Shown here piece after piece: positions 19,619 to 30,561 of a stretch of 64,000 nt of DNA. Under the pieces are notes generated by a model that saw only the letters and a list, made by a program, of their open reading frames with translations, had not been told where the DNA came from and did not search any database. Source of the stretch: an uncultured delta proteobacterium (lineage in GTDB: Bacteria; Desulfobacterota; Binatia; UBA9968); NCBI GenBank assembly GCA_963840855.1, contig CAWJBB010000081.1, positions 1 through 64,000 on the forward strand. The letters run 5' to 3'. Made by a program: the position numbers and the translations under genes. The first letter of the stretch is position 1. Every line of letters begins with the position of its first letter.

Positions 19619-21674
19619 ATGGCGAGTCAAAGTATTGACGCGTTGTGTATCGACACGATCCGCACCTTATCGATGGATGCGGTGCAAAAGGCAAACTCCG
19701 GCCATCCGGGGGCGCCCATGGGGCTTGCGCCGGCGGCTTATGTTTTATGGACGCGCTTTCTAAGCCATAACCCGCGCAATCCCTCATGGCCCGACCGCGA
19801 CCGCTTCGTCCTCTCCGCCGGGCATGCCTCGATGCTGCTTTACAGCATGCTTCATCTTACCGGGTACGATCTTCCGCTCGAACAGATCAAACAATTCCGC
19901 CAGTGGGGGAGCCGCACGCCCGGCCATCCTGAGCGCAAGCTGACGCCAGGAGTAGAAACAACCACGGGACCGCTCGGTCAAGGTTTCGGCAACGGCGTCG
20001 GCTTGGCCATGGCGGAAGCGTACCTGGCGGCGCGCTACAACCGCCCGGGATTCGAGGTCGTCAATCACTTTACCTACGGCATCGTCAGCGACGGCGACTT
20101 GATGGAAGGCGTGGCAGCGGAAGCCGCCAGCCTCGCCGGCCATCTGAAATTGGCCAAATTGATTTACCTCTACGACAACAACCACATTTCGCTCGCTGCC
20201 TCCACTGACTTGACGTTCACGGAAAACTGCGCGATGCGGTTCGAGGCCTATGGCTGGCACACGCAAACGGTGGACGACGGGAATGATATCGAGGCCATCG
20301 ACCAGGCGCTCGGCGCCGCGCGCGGCGAGACGACCCGGCCATCGTTGATAATTTTACGCACGCATATCGGATACGGATCGCCGGGGAAGCAGGACACCTT
20401 CGAGGCGCATGGGTCGCCTTTGGGGGAAGAAGAAGTCAAGCTGACAAAAAAGAACCTGGGCTGGCCGGCGGAGCAACCGTTTTTCATTCCGGATCCGGCG
20501 CTGGCGCATTTTCGCGAGGCAATCGGCAAGGGAGAACGGGCTGAGGCGGAATGGAATGAGCGGTTCTCCTCCTATGCGAGGGAATTTTCCGACATGGCGA
20601 GAGAGCTGGAAGACGCGCTCCGCGGCGTTTTGCCGATGGGTTGGGAAGCGGCGATTCCCGAATTTCCCCCGGACGCGAAGGGGCTGGCGACCCGGGCGGC
20701 ATCGGGGAAAGTTTTAAACGCGATAGCGCCCAAGCTTCCGACATTGATCGGCGGCTCGGCGGATTTGAATCCATCAACGTTCACGGTGCTGCAGAAGCTG
20801 GGTGATTTTCAAAGCCCAGCAGAGAGAGTGCACCGATAGCCAGGGGTCGGCGGGGGGCGGTTGGGGCTACGGCGGACGCAACTTGCACTTCGGGGTGCGC
20901 GAGCACGGCATGGGCGCGGCGCTGAACGGCATGGCGGCCCATGGCGGAATCATTCCCTTCGGCTCGACCTTCCTCATATTTTCCGATTACCTGCGCCCGT
21001 CGATCCGGCTCGCGGCAATAATGGAGCTGGGCGTGATCTATGTCTTTACGCATGACAGCATCGGTGTCGGCGAGGACGGCCCGACGCACCAACCGGTCGA
21101 GCAGTTGGCCGCGCTGCGCGCCATACCGCGCCTGGTCGTAATTCGTCCTTGCGACGCCAATGAGACCGCCGTGGCATGGAGGTTTGCCATCGAGAGTCGC
21201 GATGGTCCGGTGGCGCTGGCGTTGACCCGTCAAAATCTGCCGACCCTCGATCGCACACAGTTCGCCGCAGCCGGCGGACTGCGACAAGGAGCTTACGTCC
21301 TGGCTGACGCACCGGATGGCAGGCCCGATATAATTTTGATCGGCACCGGATCAGAAGTGGCCTTGGTCATCGCGGCGCGGGAAAAGCTCGCGCAGCTAAA
21401 TATTCAGGCGCGCGTTGTTTCCATGCCCAGTTGGGAACTCTTCGATGCGCAGTCTCAGAAATATCGCGACTCAGTCTTGCCCCGGCCTGTGCGGTCGCGA
21501 CTTGCTGTGGAAGCGGCTCTGCCGCAAGGGTGGCATCGCTACGTCGGCGACGGCGGCGACGTCATCGGGGTAGAGCGTTTCGGCGCCTCGGCCCCCGGAA
21601 ATGTGGTGATTGAAAGATTGGGCTTTACCGTGGAACATGTTGTCGAGCGCGCTCTCGCGCTGGTGGAAAAATAA
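19619..21674 (+). CDS. tkt: Transketolase (frameshift near 20820-20835)
   Basis: [27 protein letters not shown]-like TPP motif; second frame [26 protein letters not shown]. Confidence 0.92.
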
Positions 21675-21677
21675 AAA

Positions 21678-22136
21678 ATGCGCGTCGCCATCGGCGCCGA
21701 TCACGCGGGGTTCGAGCTGAAACAAATTCTCCTCGACTATTTGCGTCACCGCGGCCACGAGGTGATCGACCTAGGGACAACCAGCGAAGATCCCGTGGAC
21801 TATCCGGACTTCGCCGAAGCCGTGAGCAAGGTGCTGTTGGACGGCGCCGCGGAGCGCGGCGTGCTCGTCTGTGGCAGCGGCGTGGGCGCTTCGGTTTCAG
21901 CCAATAAAATACCCGGCATTCGGGCCGGGCTTTGTCACGATACCTACTCGGCGCGCCAGGGCGTCGAGCATGACGACATGAATATTCTTGTGTTGGGGGC
22001 TCGGGTGATCGGCGTAGAGCTTGCGCGCGAGCTGGTGAACAACTTCTTGGCTGCGAACTTCAACGGTGAAGAGCGTCACCGCCGCCGCATCGAGAAGATC
22101 AAAGCCCTCGAAAAACGCTACGGCAAAGCGAAGTAA
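21678..22136 (+). CDS. rpiB: Ribose-5-phosphate isomerase B
   Basis: [25 protein letters not shown]. Confidence 0.95.
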   Translation: MRVAIGADHAGFELKQILLDYLRHRGHEVIDLGTTSEDPVDYPDFAEAVSKVLLDGAAERGVLVCGSGVGASVSANKIPGIRAGLCHDTYSARQGVEHDDMNILVLGARVIGVELARELVNNFLAANFNGEERHRRRIEKIKALEKRYGKAK

Positions 22137-22148
22137 GGGAGAGACATC

Positions 22149-24911
22149 ATGAACCCTCTGAATGAATTGCTCGGACAAGGACAGTCCGTCTGGCTCGACT
22201 ATATTCGGCGCAATTTGATCCGCAGCGGCGAGCTGAAGCGGATGGTGCAAGAGGATGGCGTCCGCGGCGTCACCAGTAATCCCACGATCTTTGAGAAGGC
22301 CATCGCAGGGAGCACGGACTACGATGAGGCGCTAGCCGTCGCGCTCGCGGGCGATCCCAGCGCCGCCGTGGAAAAACTCTACGAGCAGTTGGCCATCGAA
22401 GATATTCAAATGACCGCCGACGTCCTGCGCCCGGTGTTCGACGAGACGCAAGGGGGAGACGGATACGTGAGCCTGGAGGTGTCGCCCCATCTCGCCCACG
22501 ATACTCAAAGCACGATCAGCGCAGCAAAGCGCTTGAAAGCGGCCGTAAACCGGCCAAATCTGATGATCAAGGTGCCGGCGACGCCCGAGGGGATTCCCGC
22601 CATCGAAGCGCTCATCGCCGACGGCGTGAGCGTCAACGTGACCTTGATGTTCTCCATAAGCCATTACGAGGCCGTGGCGCGCGCCTACATCAAAGGCTTG
22701 GAACGCTGCGCCGAGCCGTCCAAGATCGCGTCTGTGGCATCGTTCTTCGTTAGCCGTGTGGATACGATGGTGGATCGGGCCCTGGCGAGTTTAGGTACGC
22801 CGCAGGCGCAGAGCCTGCTGGGCAAAATCGCCGTCGCCAATTCCAAGCTGGTTTACAACCGGTTCCGCGAGATCTTTCATGGCGAGGGATTCGCCGCACT
22901 GCGCCAGCGCGGTGCCAGAGTGCAAAGACCGCTGTGGGCCAGCACCGGCACAAAAAACCCCGCTTACTCCGACGTTCTCTACGTGGAAAATCTGATCGGC
23001 CCGGAAACAGTCAACACTATGCCGCCCGAAACGCTCAATGCTTTTAAAAATCATGGCAAAGTGATCGATAGCTCGGTGCGAGAAAATCTCGATCAGGCGG
23101 CGGCGGCGTTAGGACGGCTGAAAGCGCTGGGAATCGATCTCAATATTATCGCCGAAAAGCTACAGCAAGATGGTGTGGCTGCCTTCGCCGCGTCCTTCGA
23201 CGCGCTACTTTCAGCGCTGGAGAAAAAGCGACAATCGATGGTTGGCGGAGAGCTAAATCGCCAGGAGCTGGAGCTAGGAAAGTATCAGGCTCGGGTCCAG
23301 CGGCGCCTGAAAAGTTGGCAGGCGGCGGGGTTCGCCGGCCGGATATGGAAAAAAGACTGGACGATCTGGTCGTCCACGCCGCAACCCGAACTGGCGGACC
23401 GCCTTGGCTGGTTGGATTTGCCGCAGAAGATGGCGCAAGACGTCGCTAATCTGGCTGCCTTCGCCGGCAAGGCAAAGGCCGACGGTATCCGCTATGTCGT
23501 GCTTCTCGGTATGGGGGGATCGAGCCTCGCGCCCGAGGTCTTTCAGAAGACTTTCGGCAATGCTCCGGGTCATCCCGAGCTAGTCATGCTCGACAGCACC
23601 CATCCCGGCGCAGTGAAAAGCGTGGAAACGAAAATTGATTTGGCGCAGAGCCTATTTCTAGTTTCGAGCAAGTCGGGCACGACCACGGAGACCAACTCAT
23701 TCTTCTTCTACTTCTGGGATAAATTAAAACGGATCAAGGATGATCCCGGCCAGCATTTCGTTGCCATCACCGATCCGGGTACCCCGCTGGAGAAGCTCGC
23801 CGCGGAAAGAAAATTCCGCGCGACTTTCAATGCGCCGGAAGACATCGGCGGCCGCTATTCCGCCCTTACGGTATTTGGTTTGGTTCCGGCTGCGCTTATC
23901 GGCGTTGATATTGGCGCTCTGCTGGCGCGCGCCCGTCGAATGAGCGAAAGCTGCGGCGCTCTAGTGGAGGAGAGTCAAAATCCCGCGCTGGCGCTGGGCG
24001 CGGCGCTGGGGGAACTGGCGCTGGCAAAGCGCGACAAAGTAACGTTCTTGTGCTCGCCGTCGCTGGGCGCTTTTCCCGATTGGGTCGAGCAACTGATCGC
24101 CGAAAGCACGGGCAAAGAGAAAAAGGGCATCGTGCCGGTGGCCAATGAAGGCGACGGAGCGCCCGAGAAATATGGCGACGATCGGTTCTTCGTTTACTTG
24201 CGCCTGAAGGGTGACGAGAATCACCGCCTTGACCGCCAGGTGGCGGCGCTGCAAGAGAACAGCCACCCGGTGGCGCGCATTGATTTGAACGACAAGCTCG
24301 ATCTCGGCCAGGAGTTTTTCCGGTGGGAATTCGCCGTGGCGGCCGCAGGGGCGGCCATCGGTATCCATCCTTTCAATCAGCCCGATGTTCAACTCGCCAA
24401 GGATTTGGCCAAGAAAGCGATGAGCGAGAGCGCCGGCGGCAAGAAAGCGGGCGCGATACTGAGAGATGAAGTCGCCGTTAGCGATGACGGCCAATTGCGC
24501 CAAGCGGTTGCGTCATGGCTGGGCAAGAAAAAGACGCGCGATTATGTCGTTGTCCAGGCATACCTGACGCCGTCGCCCGAACACGCCGCAAGATTGCGGG
24601 AGGTCTCAAGGATCATCCGCGACCGGCTAGGGGTGGCCACCACGCTCGGTTTTGGCCCGCGCTTTCTCCATTCCACCGGACAGCTCCACAAAGGAGGGCC
24701 GAATTCGGCATTGGTATTACAAATCGTCGATCAGCCTGCCGATAATTTAGCCGTGCCGGAGACGAACTATACCTTCGACGCGTTAATTCAAGCTCAAGCG
24801 CTAGGCGATTTAACGGCGCTTAAGCAACGGCGGCGGCGCGTGCTCAGAATCAATCTTGGCGGCGAAACCTTGAGCGGACTGGATCGGTTAGTGCAGGCAG
24901 TCCGGTCTTAA
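22149..24911 (+). CDS. tal-pgi: Bifunctional transaldolase / glucose-6-phosphate isomerase
   Basis: GVTSNPTIF, IKVPAT, RPLWASTGTK; then GMGGSSL, SSKSGTT, GGRYSAL, EQLIAESTGK, HSTGQLHKGG. Confidence 0.92.
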   Translation: MNPLNELLGQGQSVWLDYIRRNLIRSGELKRMVQEDGVRGVTSNPTIFEKAIAGSTDYDEALAVALAGDPSAAVEKLYEQLAIEDIQMTADVLRPVFDETQGGDGYVSLEVSPHLAHDTQSTISAAKRLKAAVNRPNLMIKVPATPEGIPAIEALIADGVSVNVTLMFSISHYEAVARAYIKGLERCAEPSKIASVASFFVSRVDTMVDRALASLGTPQAQSLLGKIAVANSKLVYNRFREIFHGEGFAALRQRGARVQRPLWASTGTKNPAYSDVLYVENLIGPETVNTMPPETLNAFKNHGKVIDSSVRENLDQAAAALGRLKALGIDLNIIAEKLQQDGVAAFAASFDALLSALEKKRQSMVGGELNRQELELGKYQARVQRRLKSWQAAGFAGRIWKKDWTIWSSTPQPELADRLGWLDLPQKMAQDVANLAAFAGKAKADGIRYVVLLGMGGSSLAPEVFQKTFGNAPGHPELVMLDSTHPGAVKSVETKIDLAQSLFLVSSKSGTTTETNSFFFYFWDKLKRIKDDPGQHFVAITDPGTPLEKLAAERKFRATFNAPEDIGGRYSALTVFGLVPAALIGVDIGALLARARRMSESCGALVEESQNPALALGAALGELALAKRDKVTFLCSPSLGAFPDWVEQLIAESTGKEKKGIVPVANEGDGAPEKYGDDRFFVYLRLKGDENHRLDRQVAALQENSHPVARIDLNDKLDLGQEFFRWEFAVAAAGAAIGIHPFNQPDVQLAKDLAKKAMSESAGGKKAGAILRDEVAVSDDGQLRQAVASWLGKKKTRDYVVVQAYLTPSPEHAARLREVSRIIRDRLGVATTLGFGPRFLHSTGQLHKGGPNSALVLQIVDQPADNLAVPETNYTFDALIQAQALGDLTALKQRRRRVLRINLGGETLSGLDRLVQAVRS

Positions 24912-24935
24912 CGGCTCAGAACGAAGCAGGGCAGC

Positions 24936-25018
24936 CGTTTCAAAATCGTTCGAACAGTTCAAACCGACTAAAAGAGATACGGCTGAAACGGCTTGAACTG
25001 CTGGAACGTTTGGAATCG
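24936..25018. repeat. Degenerate 9-mer GTTC(A/G)A tandem array with inverted copies
   Basis: CGTTCGAAC AGTTCAAAC ... GCTTGAACT GCTGGAACG TTTGGAATC. Confidence 0.55.
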
Positions 25019-25047
25019 CCATTCTTTAACCGGAAGGAGGAACGACT

Positions 25048-25944
25048 ATGGAATTGGGCATGATCGGTCTCGGCCGCATGGGCGCCAACATGACCGAACG
25101 GCTTGTGCTCGGCGGCCATCGAGTGGTCAGTTACGACCGCAGCCCCGAGGCGATTCAACATGTTGTCGACAAAGGCGCCTTGGGCGCCCATTCTCTTGCG
25201 GACTTTATCAAGCAACTGAGCCCGCCGCGGGCCATCTGGCTGATGGTTCCATCGGGCGACCCCGTCGATCAGACCATCGACCAATTGCGGCCGAATTTGA
25301 CCAAAGGCGATGTCATCATTGACGGCGGCAACTCCAACTACAAAGATTCCATTCGCCGCGCCGAAAAGCTCAAGCAGCAAGGCTTTCACTTCGTTGACGC
25401 CGGTACCAGCGGTGGCATCTGGGGTTTGCAGGTCGGCTACTGCATGATGGTCGGCGGCGACAAAGAGATCGTCGAGCGGCTTGTGCCGATCTTCAAGACC
25501 CTCGCACCCAAAGACGGCTATCTCCACGCCGGTCCCAGCGGCGCGGGCCATTTCGTCAAGATGATTCATAACGGCGTCGAGTACGGCATGATGCAAGCCT
25601 ACGGCGAGGGATTTGAGCTGCTCAATGCGTCTCAATTCGATCTCGACCTGGGGAAAATCGCTCATCTGTGGAACCAGGGGAGCGTTGTGCGTTCATGGCT
25701 CCTGGAACTCTGCGAAAGCGCCTTTGCGAAAGACCCGCGACTTTCATCGATCAAGGGTTACGTCGAAGATTCCGGCGAGGGACGCTGGACGGTGGAGGAA
25801 GCGATCGATAGAAGCGTGCCCGCGCCGGTCCTGACGCTTTCACTCTTCGCGCGTTTTGCTTCACGCCAAGGCGATTCCTTTGCGGCCAAAGTCACCGCCG
25901 CGCTGCGCAACGAGTTCGGCGGCCACGCCGTAAAAAAGGACTAG
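25048..25944 (+). CDS. gnd: Decarboxylating 6-phosphogluconate dehydrogenase (short type)
   Basis: GLGRMG, IDGGNS, GHFVKMIHNGVEYG, DSGEGRWT, LRNEFGGH. Confidence 0.95.
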   Translation: MELGMIGLGRMGANMTERLVLGGHRVVSYDRSPEAIQHVVDKGALGAHSLADFIKQLSPPRAIWLMVPSGDPVDQTIDQLRPNLTKGDVIIDGGNSNYKDSIRRAEKLKQQGFHFVDAGTSGGIWGLQVGYCMMVGGDKEIVERLVPIFKTLAPKDGYLHAGPSGAGHFVKMIHNGVEYGMMQAYGEGFELLNASQFDLDLGKIAHLWNQGSVVRSWLLELCESAFAKDPRLSSIKGYVEDSGEGRWTVEEAIDRSVPAPVLTLSLFARFASRQGDSFAAKVTAALRNEFGGHAVKKD

Positions 25945-25950
25945 ACGGCA

Positions 25951-27495
25951 ATGGCCAGCGACCCGCACTACTATTTGCCCCAAGGTTTAGCCGGCGGCAA
26001 GAAGCCCCACGCCTGCGTGGTGACGATCTTCGGCGCGTCGGGCGACCTCACCAAACGCAAACTAATCCCCGCGCTTTACAATCTCGCTTTAGAAAAGCGC
26101 TTGCCGGAGCGCTTCGCCGTGGTCGGTTACGCGCGCAGCGAAATGACCCATGAGGCCTTTCGCGAGAAGATGCGCGAAGCAGTCAGCGCATTCTCCAGGA
26201 CCGGCTTGAAAGATGAAGCGGTGTGGCAGCAGTTCGCCAGTACACTGTATTACGTGCGCGGCGGCTACGAGGAGAACGACGGCTATCAGAGCTTGAAAGA
26301 TCTTATCGACGGCTTCGACCGCGGCAGCCGCGTGCTGCCAGCGCGGGTTTTTTATCTGGCAACGCCGCCGGACCTTTACGGAGCGGTCGTCGAGCGCATC
26401 GCAGCCGCGGGGTTGGCGCCGAAGGAAACCGACGGCGAGCCGCGCAGCCGAGTGGTAATTGAGAAACCCTTCGGCACTGACTTGCAAACCGCGCGCGAGC
26501 TCAATCGCCGAGTGCACGAAGTGCTCGATGAGAAACAGATCTACCGGATCGATCACTATCTCGGCAAAGAAACCGTGCAGAATATCATGGTCCTCCGTTT
26601 CGCTAACGCCGTCTTCGAGCCGATTTGGAACCGCCGCTATGTCGACCACGTGCAGATTACCGCGGCGGAAACCGTCGGCGTGGAGAACCGCGGCGGTTAT
26701 TACGAGGAAGCGGGCGTCGTGCGCGACATGTTTCAGAATCATTTGCTGCAGTTGCTGTGCATGACGGCGATGGAGCCGCCGGTGGGTCTCGACGCCGACG
26801 CGGTGCGCGACGAGAAAGGCAAACTGCTGAGATCGGTGCGCCAAGTGGCGCCGGAGGAAGTAGCGGGAGCGGCGGTGCGGGGACAGTACGGTCCGGGCAA
26901 GGTCGACGGCGAAGAGGTGGTCGGTTATCGACAGGAACCGGGCGTCTCAAAGACCTCGCCGACGGTAACCTACGCGGCAATCCGGCTCTTCGTCGACAAC
27001 TGGCGTTGGGAAGGCGTGCCCTTTTATCTTCGCTCGGGCAAGCGCATGGCCAAGCGCGTGACCGAAGTCGCTATACAGTTCAAGCGGCCACCTCTGTTGT
27101 TGTTCAAGTCCCACGCCGTGGAAGACGTCAACCCCAACGTCTTGGTCATGCGCATTCAACCGGATGAAGGCGTATCCTTAACCTTTGAAGTCAAACCGCC
27201 CGGACATGACATAGTCATCCGTCCGCTCAGCCTTGATTTTAATTACGAGGAGGCCTTCGGCAACAGCTCGCCGGAGGCGTATGAAGCGCTGCTGGAGGAT
27301 TGTATCGAGGGAGATTCGACGCTGTTCACGCGTCACGATTGGGTGGAGCTGGCCTGGTCGCTGATGGATCCGATTATTCAGGTTTGGAACCTCAGCAAGC
27401 CAAAAAACTTTCCCAACTACGAGGCCGGCAGTTGGGGTCCCCGGGAAGCGGACGAATTCATGCAGCACGACGGGCGGCGCTGGCGCAGGCCGTAG
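25951..27495 (+). CDS. zwf: Glucose-6-phosphate 1-dehydrogenase
   Basis: GASGDL, EKPFG, RIDHYLGKE. Confidence 0.97.
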   Translation: MASDPHYYLPQGLAGGKKPHACVVTIFGASGDLTKRKLIPALYNLALEKRLPERFAVVGYARSEMTHEAFREKMREAVSAFSRTGLKDEAVWQQFASTLYYVRGGYEENDGYQSLKDLIDGFDRGSRVLPARVFYLATPPDLYGAVVERIAAAGLAPKETDGEPRSRVVIEKPFGTDLQTARELNRRVHEVLDEKQIYRIDHYLGKETVQNIMVLRFANAVFEPIWNRRYVDHVQITAAETVGVENRGGYYEEAGVVRDMFQNHLLQLLCMTAMEPPVGLDADAVRDEKGKLLRSVRQVAPEEVAGAAVRGQYGPGKVDGEEVVGYRQEPGVSKTSPTVTYAAIRLFVDNWRWEGVPFYLRSGKRMAKRVTEVAIQFKRPPLLLFKSHAVEDVNPNVLVMRIQPDEGVSLTFEVKPPGHDIVIRPLSLDFNYEEAFGNSSPEAYEALLEDCIEGDSTLFTRHDWVELAWSLMDPIIQVWNLSKPKNFPNYEAGSWGPREADEFMQHDGRRWRRP

Positions 27496-27537
27496 AACTC
27501 CGGCAAGATCACCAATCGCGTTATTTCAAAAACCATC

Positions 27538-28539
27538 ATGGCAAGCCAGAAATTCATTCTCGCCGGCGATATCGGCGGCACCAAGACTAGTCTGGCGCTG
27601 TACTCACTGCGAAGCGGCAAGCTTAAAGTTGAGGCCAAAGAAACCTTTCCTAGCAAAGACTACTCGGGCCTGGAGGCGGTTCTCAAAGAATTTCGCGCCC
27701 ATCAAACACAGCCGATACTTCGGGCGTGCTTCGGCGTCGCCGGTCCGGTGATCGACGGGAAAGTGAAGACACCCAATCTGCCGTGGGTGATTCGCGCCGG
27801 TCAGGTGGCTAAGGCGTTCAAGCTCAAAACCGTCACCTTGTTGAATGATCTCGAGGCCGCTGCCTATGGAATCTTCACGCTCAAGCCGCGCGAGCTTTTC
27901 ACGCTAAATTCAGGCAAAGGCAAGAGGCCCGGCAACAAGGCGCTGATCGCGGCCGGCACCGGCCTGGGCGAAGCGGCGCTATTCGATAACGGCGAGGAAT
28001 ATTTTCCATCCGCATCGGAGGGAGGCCACGGCGACTTCGCGCCGCGCAACGAGGTCGAAGTCGAGCTTTTGCGCTACCTGATCGGCAAGTTCGGCCACGT
28101 AAGCTACGAGCGCGTCGTATCGGGCCCCGGACTGTGGAATATTTATGAATACCTCAAACAGAGCGGACGGCTCGAGGAACCTCGCTGGCTAACCGATAAA
28201 CTCGCCGCGGCCGATGACCGGAGCGCCGTGGTGACGCAGCTCGCGCTGGCAGGCGAGAGCGCGATCTGCGAGCGGGCTCTGGAGCTGTTCGTTTCGGTGT
28301 ACGGCGCGGAGGCGGGCAACCTGGCGCTGCGCGCCAAAGCCACCGGCGGCATTTACCTGGGCGGCGGCATCGCGCCGAAAATTCTTGGAAAACTCCAGGA
28401 TCAAACTTTTATGCGCGCGTTCACCGACAAGGGCCGCTACGGCGAACTTCTTTCCGCCATACCCGTGCGGGTAATCTTGAACGAGCAGACCGCCCTACAG
28501 GGCGCAGCCTACTACGCCGCCTTTAGAGCCCATGGCTGA
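27538..28539 (+). CDS. glk: Glucokinase
   Basis: DIGGTKT, LLNDLEA, GTGLG, SEGGH. Confidence 0.95.
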   Translation: MASQKFILAGDIGGTKTSLALYSLRSGKLKVEAKETFPSKDYSGLEAVLKEFRAHQTQPILRACFGVAGPVIDGKVKTPNLPWVIRAGQVAKAFKLKTVTLLNDLEAAAYGIFTLKPRELFTLNSGKGKRPGNKALIAAGTGLGEAALFDNGEEYFPSASEGGHGDFAPRNEVEVELLRYLIGKFGHVSYERVVSGPGLWNIYEYLKQSGRLEEPRWLTDKLAAADDRSAVVTQLALAGESAICERALELFVSVYGAEAGNLALRAKATGGIYLGGGIAPKILGKLQDQTFMRAFTDKGRYGELLSAIPVRVILNEQTALQGAAYYAAFRAHG

Positions 28540-29278
28540 ACGGCAAATCATCATCTGCCGCGACAACGCCGATCTAAGCGAGCGCGCGGCGGAAGAATTC
28601 GTCCGGCTGGCCAGGCAGGCGATTCAATTAGCAGGCCGGTTCACGGTTGCCCTATCTGGCGGCTCGACTCCCAAGGCGCTGTATACGCTGCTCGCTACGC
28701 CCGGTTTTGCGCAGCGCCTTTCTTGGAACCGCGTTCATCTATTCTGGGGTGACGAGCGCTGCGTGCCGCCGGATCATCCGGAGAGCAATTACCGGATGGT
28801 TGAAGAAACGCTGATATCGAAGATTCAGATTCCGCAGGAAAACGTGCACCGCATGGCCGGTGAGAAAGCACCGCAAATTGCGGCGCGGGAATATGAAGCC
28901 GAATTGAAAAAGTTCTTCGAACTCGCTGACGGCGCGCTACCGCGCTTCGATTTAATCTTGCTCGGCCTGGGCGAAGACGGCCACACCGCGTCGCTTTTTC
29001 CGGGAAGCGCCGCGTTGAACGAAGAAGAGCATCTCGTTGCGGCGGTATATGTTGATAAAATGAATACCTATCGGTTGACGCTGACGTTGCCGGTGTTGAA
29101 CGCTGGAAAGGAAGTCATCTTCCTCGTCGCCGGCTCAAGCAAAGCGGCCATCGTGAAAGAGCTGCTCGGCGGCCAGGCAAGCGCGACGAATTATCCCGCC
29201 GCAAAAATTCAAGCGCGCGACGGCAAGCTTATCTGGATGATAACGGCAGATGCCGCGCCGCCGGAAAAGATTATTTAA
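28532..29278 (+). CDS. pgl: 6-phosphogluconolactonase
   Basis: LSGGSTP, GDERCVP, SNY, LGLGEDGHTASLFP. Confidence 0.95.
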   Translation: MAERQIIICRDNADLSERAAEEFVRLARQAIQLAGRFTVALSGGSTPKALYTLLATPGFAQRLSWNRVHLFWGDERCVPPDHPESNYRMVEETLISKIQIPQENVHRMAGEKAPQIAAREYEAELKKFFELADGALPRFDLILLGLGEDGHTASLFPGSAALNEEEHLVAAVYVDKMNTYRLTLTLPVLNAGKEVIFLVAGSSKAAIVKELLGGQASATNYPAAKIQARDGKLIWMITADAAPPEKII

Positions 29279-29360
29279 CCACTGACAAATTAGGATTTAC
29301 CACGAAGTGATTCATGATCTTACGCTCGCCCACAGAGAATGAAAATGGAGGATTCCCCTC

Positions 29361-29471
29361 GTAGCCCGGATGGAGCAAAGCGTAATCCGGGTTTCTTCAT
29401 TCACGCACGCCGTTGCCTCTGCCACGTCCCATGTCACCTTCCTGGATTCCGCTTCGCTCCATCCAGGCTAC
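29361..29471. repeat. Inverted pair of GTAG-type REP sequences
   Basis: GTAGCCCGGATGGAGCAAAGCGTAATCCGGG ... CCTGGATTCCGCTTCGCTCCATCCAGGCTAC. Confidence 0.75.
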
Positions 29472-29592
29472 AATTCTGACAACATTCAGGATCTACCACG
29501 AAGGTCACGAAGAACACGAAGGAAAGAGAGAGTTAACCATAGAGGGCATGTTTTCCTCCCGCTTTTTGCTGCTAACCACTCACGCCTCGCGC

Positions 29593-29723
29593 CTAACGAA
29601 TAACTCAATCCGCCATTGCCAGCACGTTCGGCGGGATCGTCAGCCCGATCTGTTTTGCCGCCTTGAGATTTATAATGAACTCAAACTTCTTCGGCTGCTC
29701 CATAAGCAGATCCGCAGGCTTGT
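29593..29723 (-). pseudogene. Isolated 3' tail of a COG2984 SBP gene
   Basis: Minus strand reads [41 protein letters not shown]. Confidence 0.8.
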
Positions 29724-29780
29724 GATTCATTGACGGTAAAATACCTGCGTGATAAAAATATCAAACGAACCGAGGCCTGG

Positions 29781-30347
29781 ATGTCTACTCCCATGCACAT
29801 TCCGAAAGGGAAGATTGTTCTCACCTATGAGGACTACGTCCTTTTGCCCAACGATCGCAACCGGTATGAGATTCTCGAAGGAGAACTTACCGTGACGCCA
29901 GCCCCTAGCACAAAGCATCAAACAGCCTCGGGAAATCTTTTCGTTCTTCTTGCTCATTACATTAAGCAACGTGACTTAGGCAAACTCTTCTATGCTCCCA
30001 TCGATCTCATCTTAGAGTCTACTTCGGTGCTGCAACCTGACCTTCTTTTCGTATCTAAAGACCGTCAGCACATCATCACTGAGAGGGCCATCGAGGGCGT
30101 TCCTGATCTAGTGATAGAGATCCTGTCGCCAGGAACAAGTCGCACTGACCGAGTAACCAAGGCCCAGATTTATGCCCGCTACCGCGTCCCTGCATACTGG
30201 ATCGTGGATCCCGAGCAGGAGGTTATCGAGATTTATCTGCCAGAAGCAGATGGCTATCGGCTGGCAGCCACCCTTCAGGGAGCGACGCCAACTATTGCTC
30301 CGCCATTCACAGAGCTTGAGATTGTCGCAAGAGATGTATTTGTCTAA
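29781..30347 (+). CDS. Uma2/DUF820 family PD-(D/E)XK endonuclease-like protein
   Basis: LTYEDY, RYEILEGEL, PAPSTKHQ, QPDL, PDLVIEILSPGT, YWIVDP. Confidence 0.92.
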   Translation: MSTPMHIPKGKIVLTYEDYVLLPNDRNRYEILEGELTVTPAPSTKHQTASGNLFVLLAHYIKQRDLGKLFYAPIDLILESTSVLQPDLLFVSKDRQHIITERAIEGVPDLVIEILSPGTSRTDRVTKAQIYARYRVPAYWIVDPEQEVIEIYLPEADGYRLAATLQGATPTIAPPFTELEIVARDVFV

Positions 30348-30457
30348 GCGATACAACCATTCCAGCCTCATTTCTCTCTCTTCATAAATCACTCTTCGAA
30401 CGTTACCGCTTAACATAGGCGATTCCTGACGGGATTTCCTCGTTTCCCGTGGGCAAT

Positions 30458-30506
30458 TCATCTAATGACGTTTTTCGCTCTTGCAAGCACATTCGGCGGA
30501 ATCGCC
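30458..30506 (-). pseudogene. Short 3' tail of a COG2984 SBP gene
   Basis: Minus strand reads [14 protein letters not shown]. Confidence 0.7.
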
Positions 30507-30561
30507 TACCGATTTTGGATTTTCGTCTACGGGGGCCGCTTTTGGATTTTAGATTGTTCGG

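Noticed and set aside
20810-20840. Programmed frameshift or phase variation in tkt
   Set aside because: The AG run is short, there is no clear stimulatory element, and similar indels are common in this window.
29413-29733. Plus-strand ORF 29413..29733, and the 5' part of 30449..31090, as real proteins
   Set aside because: They are antisense readings of SBP tails and repeats.
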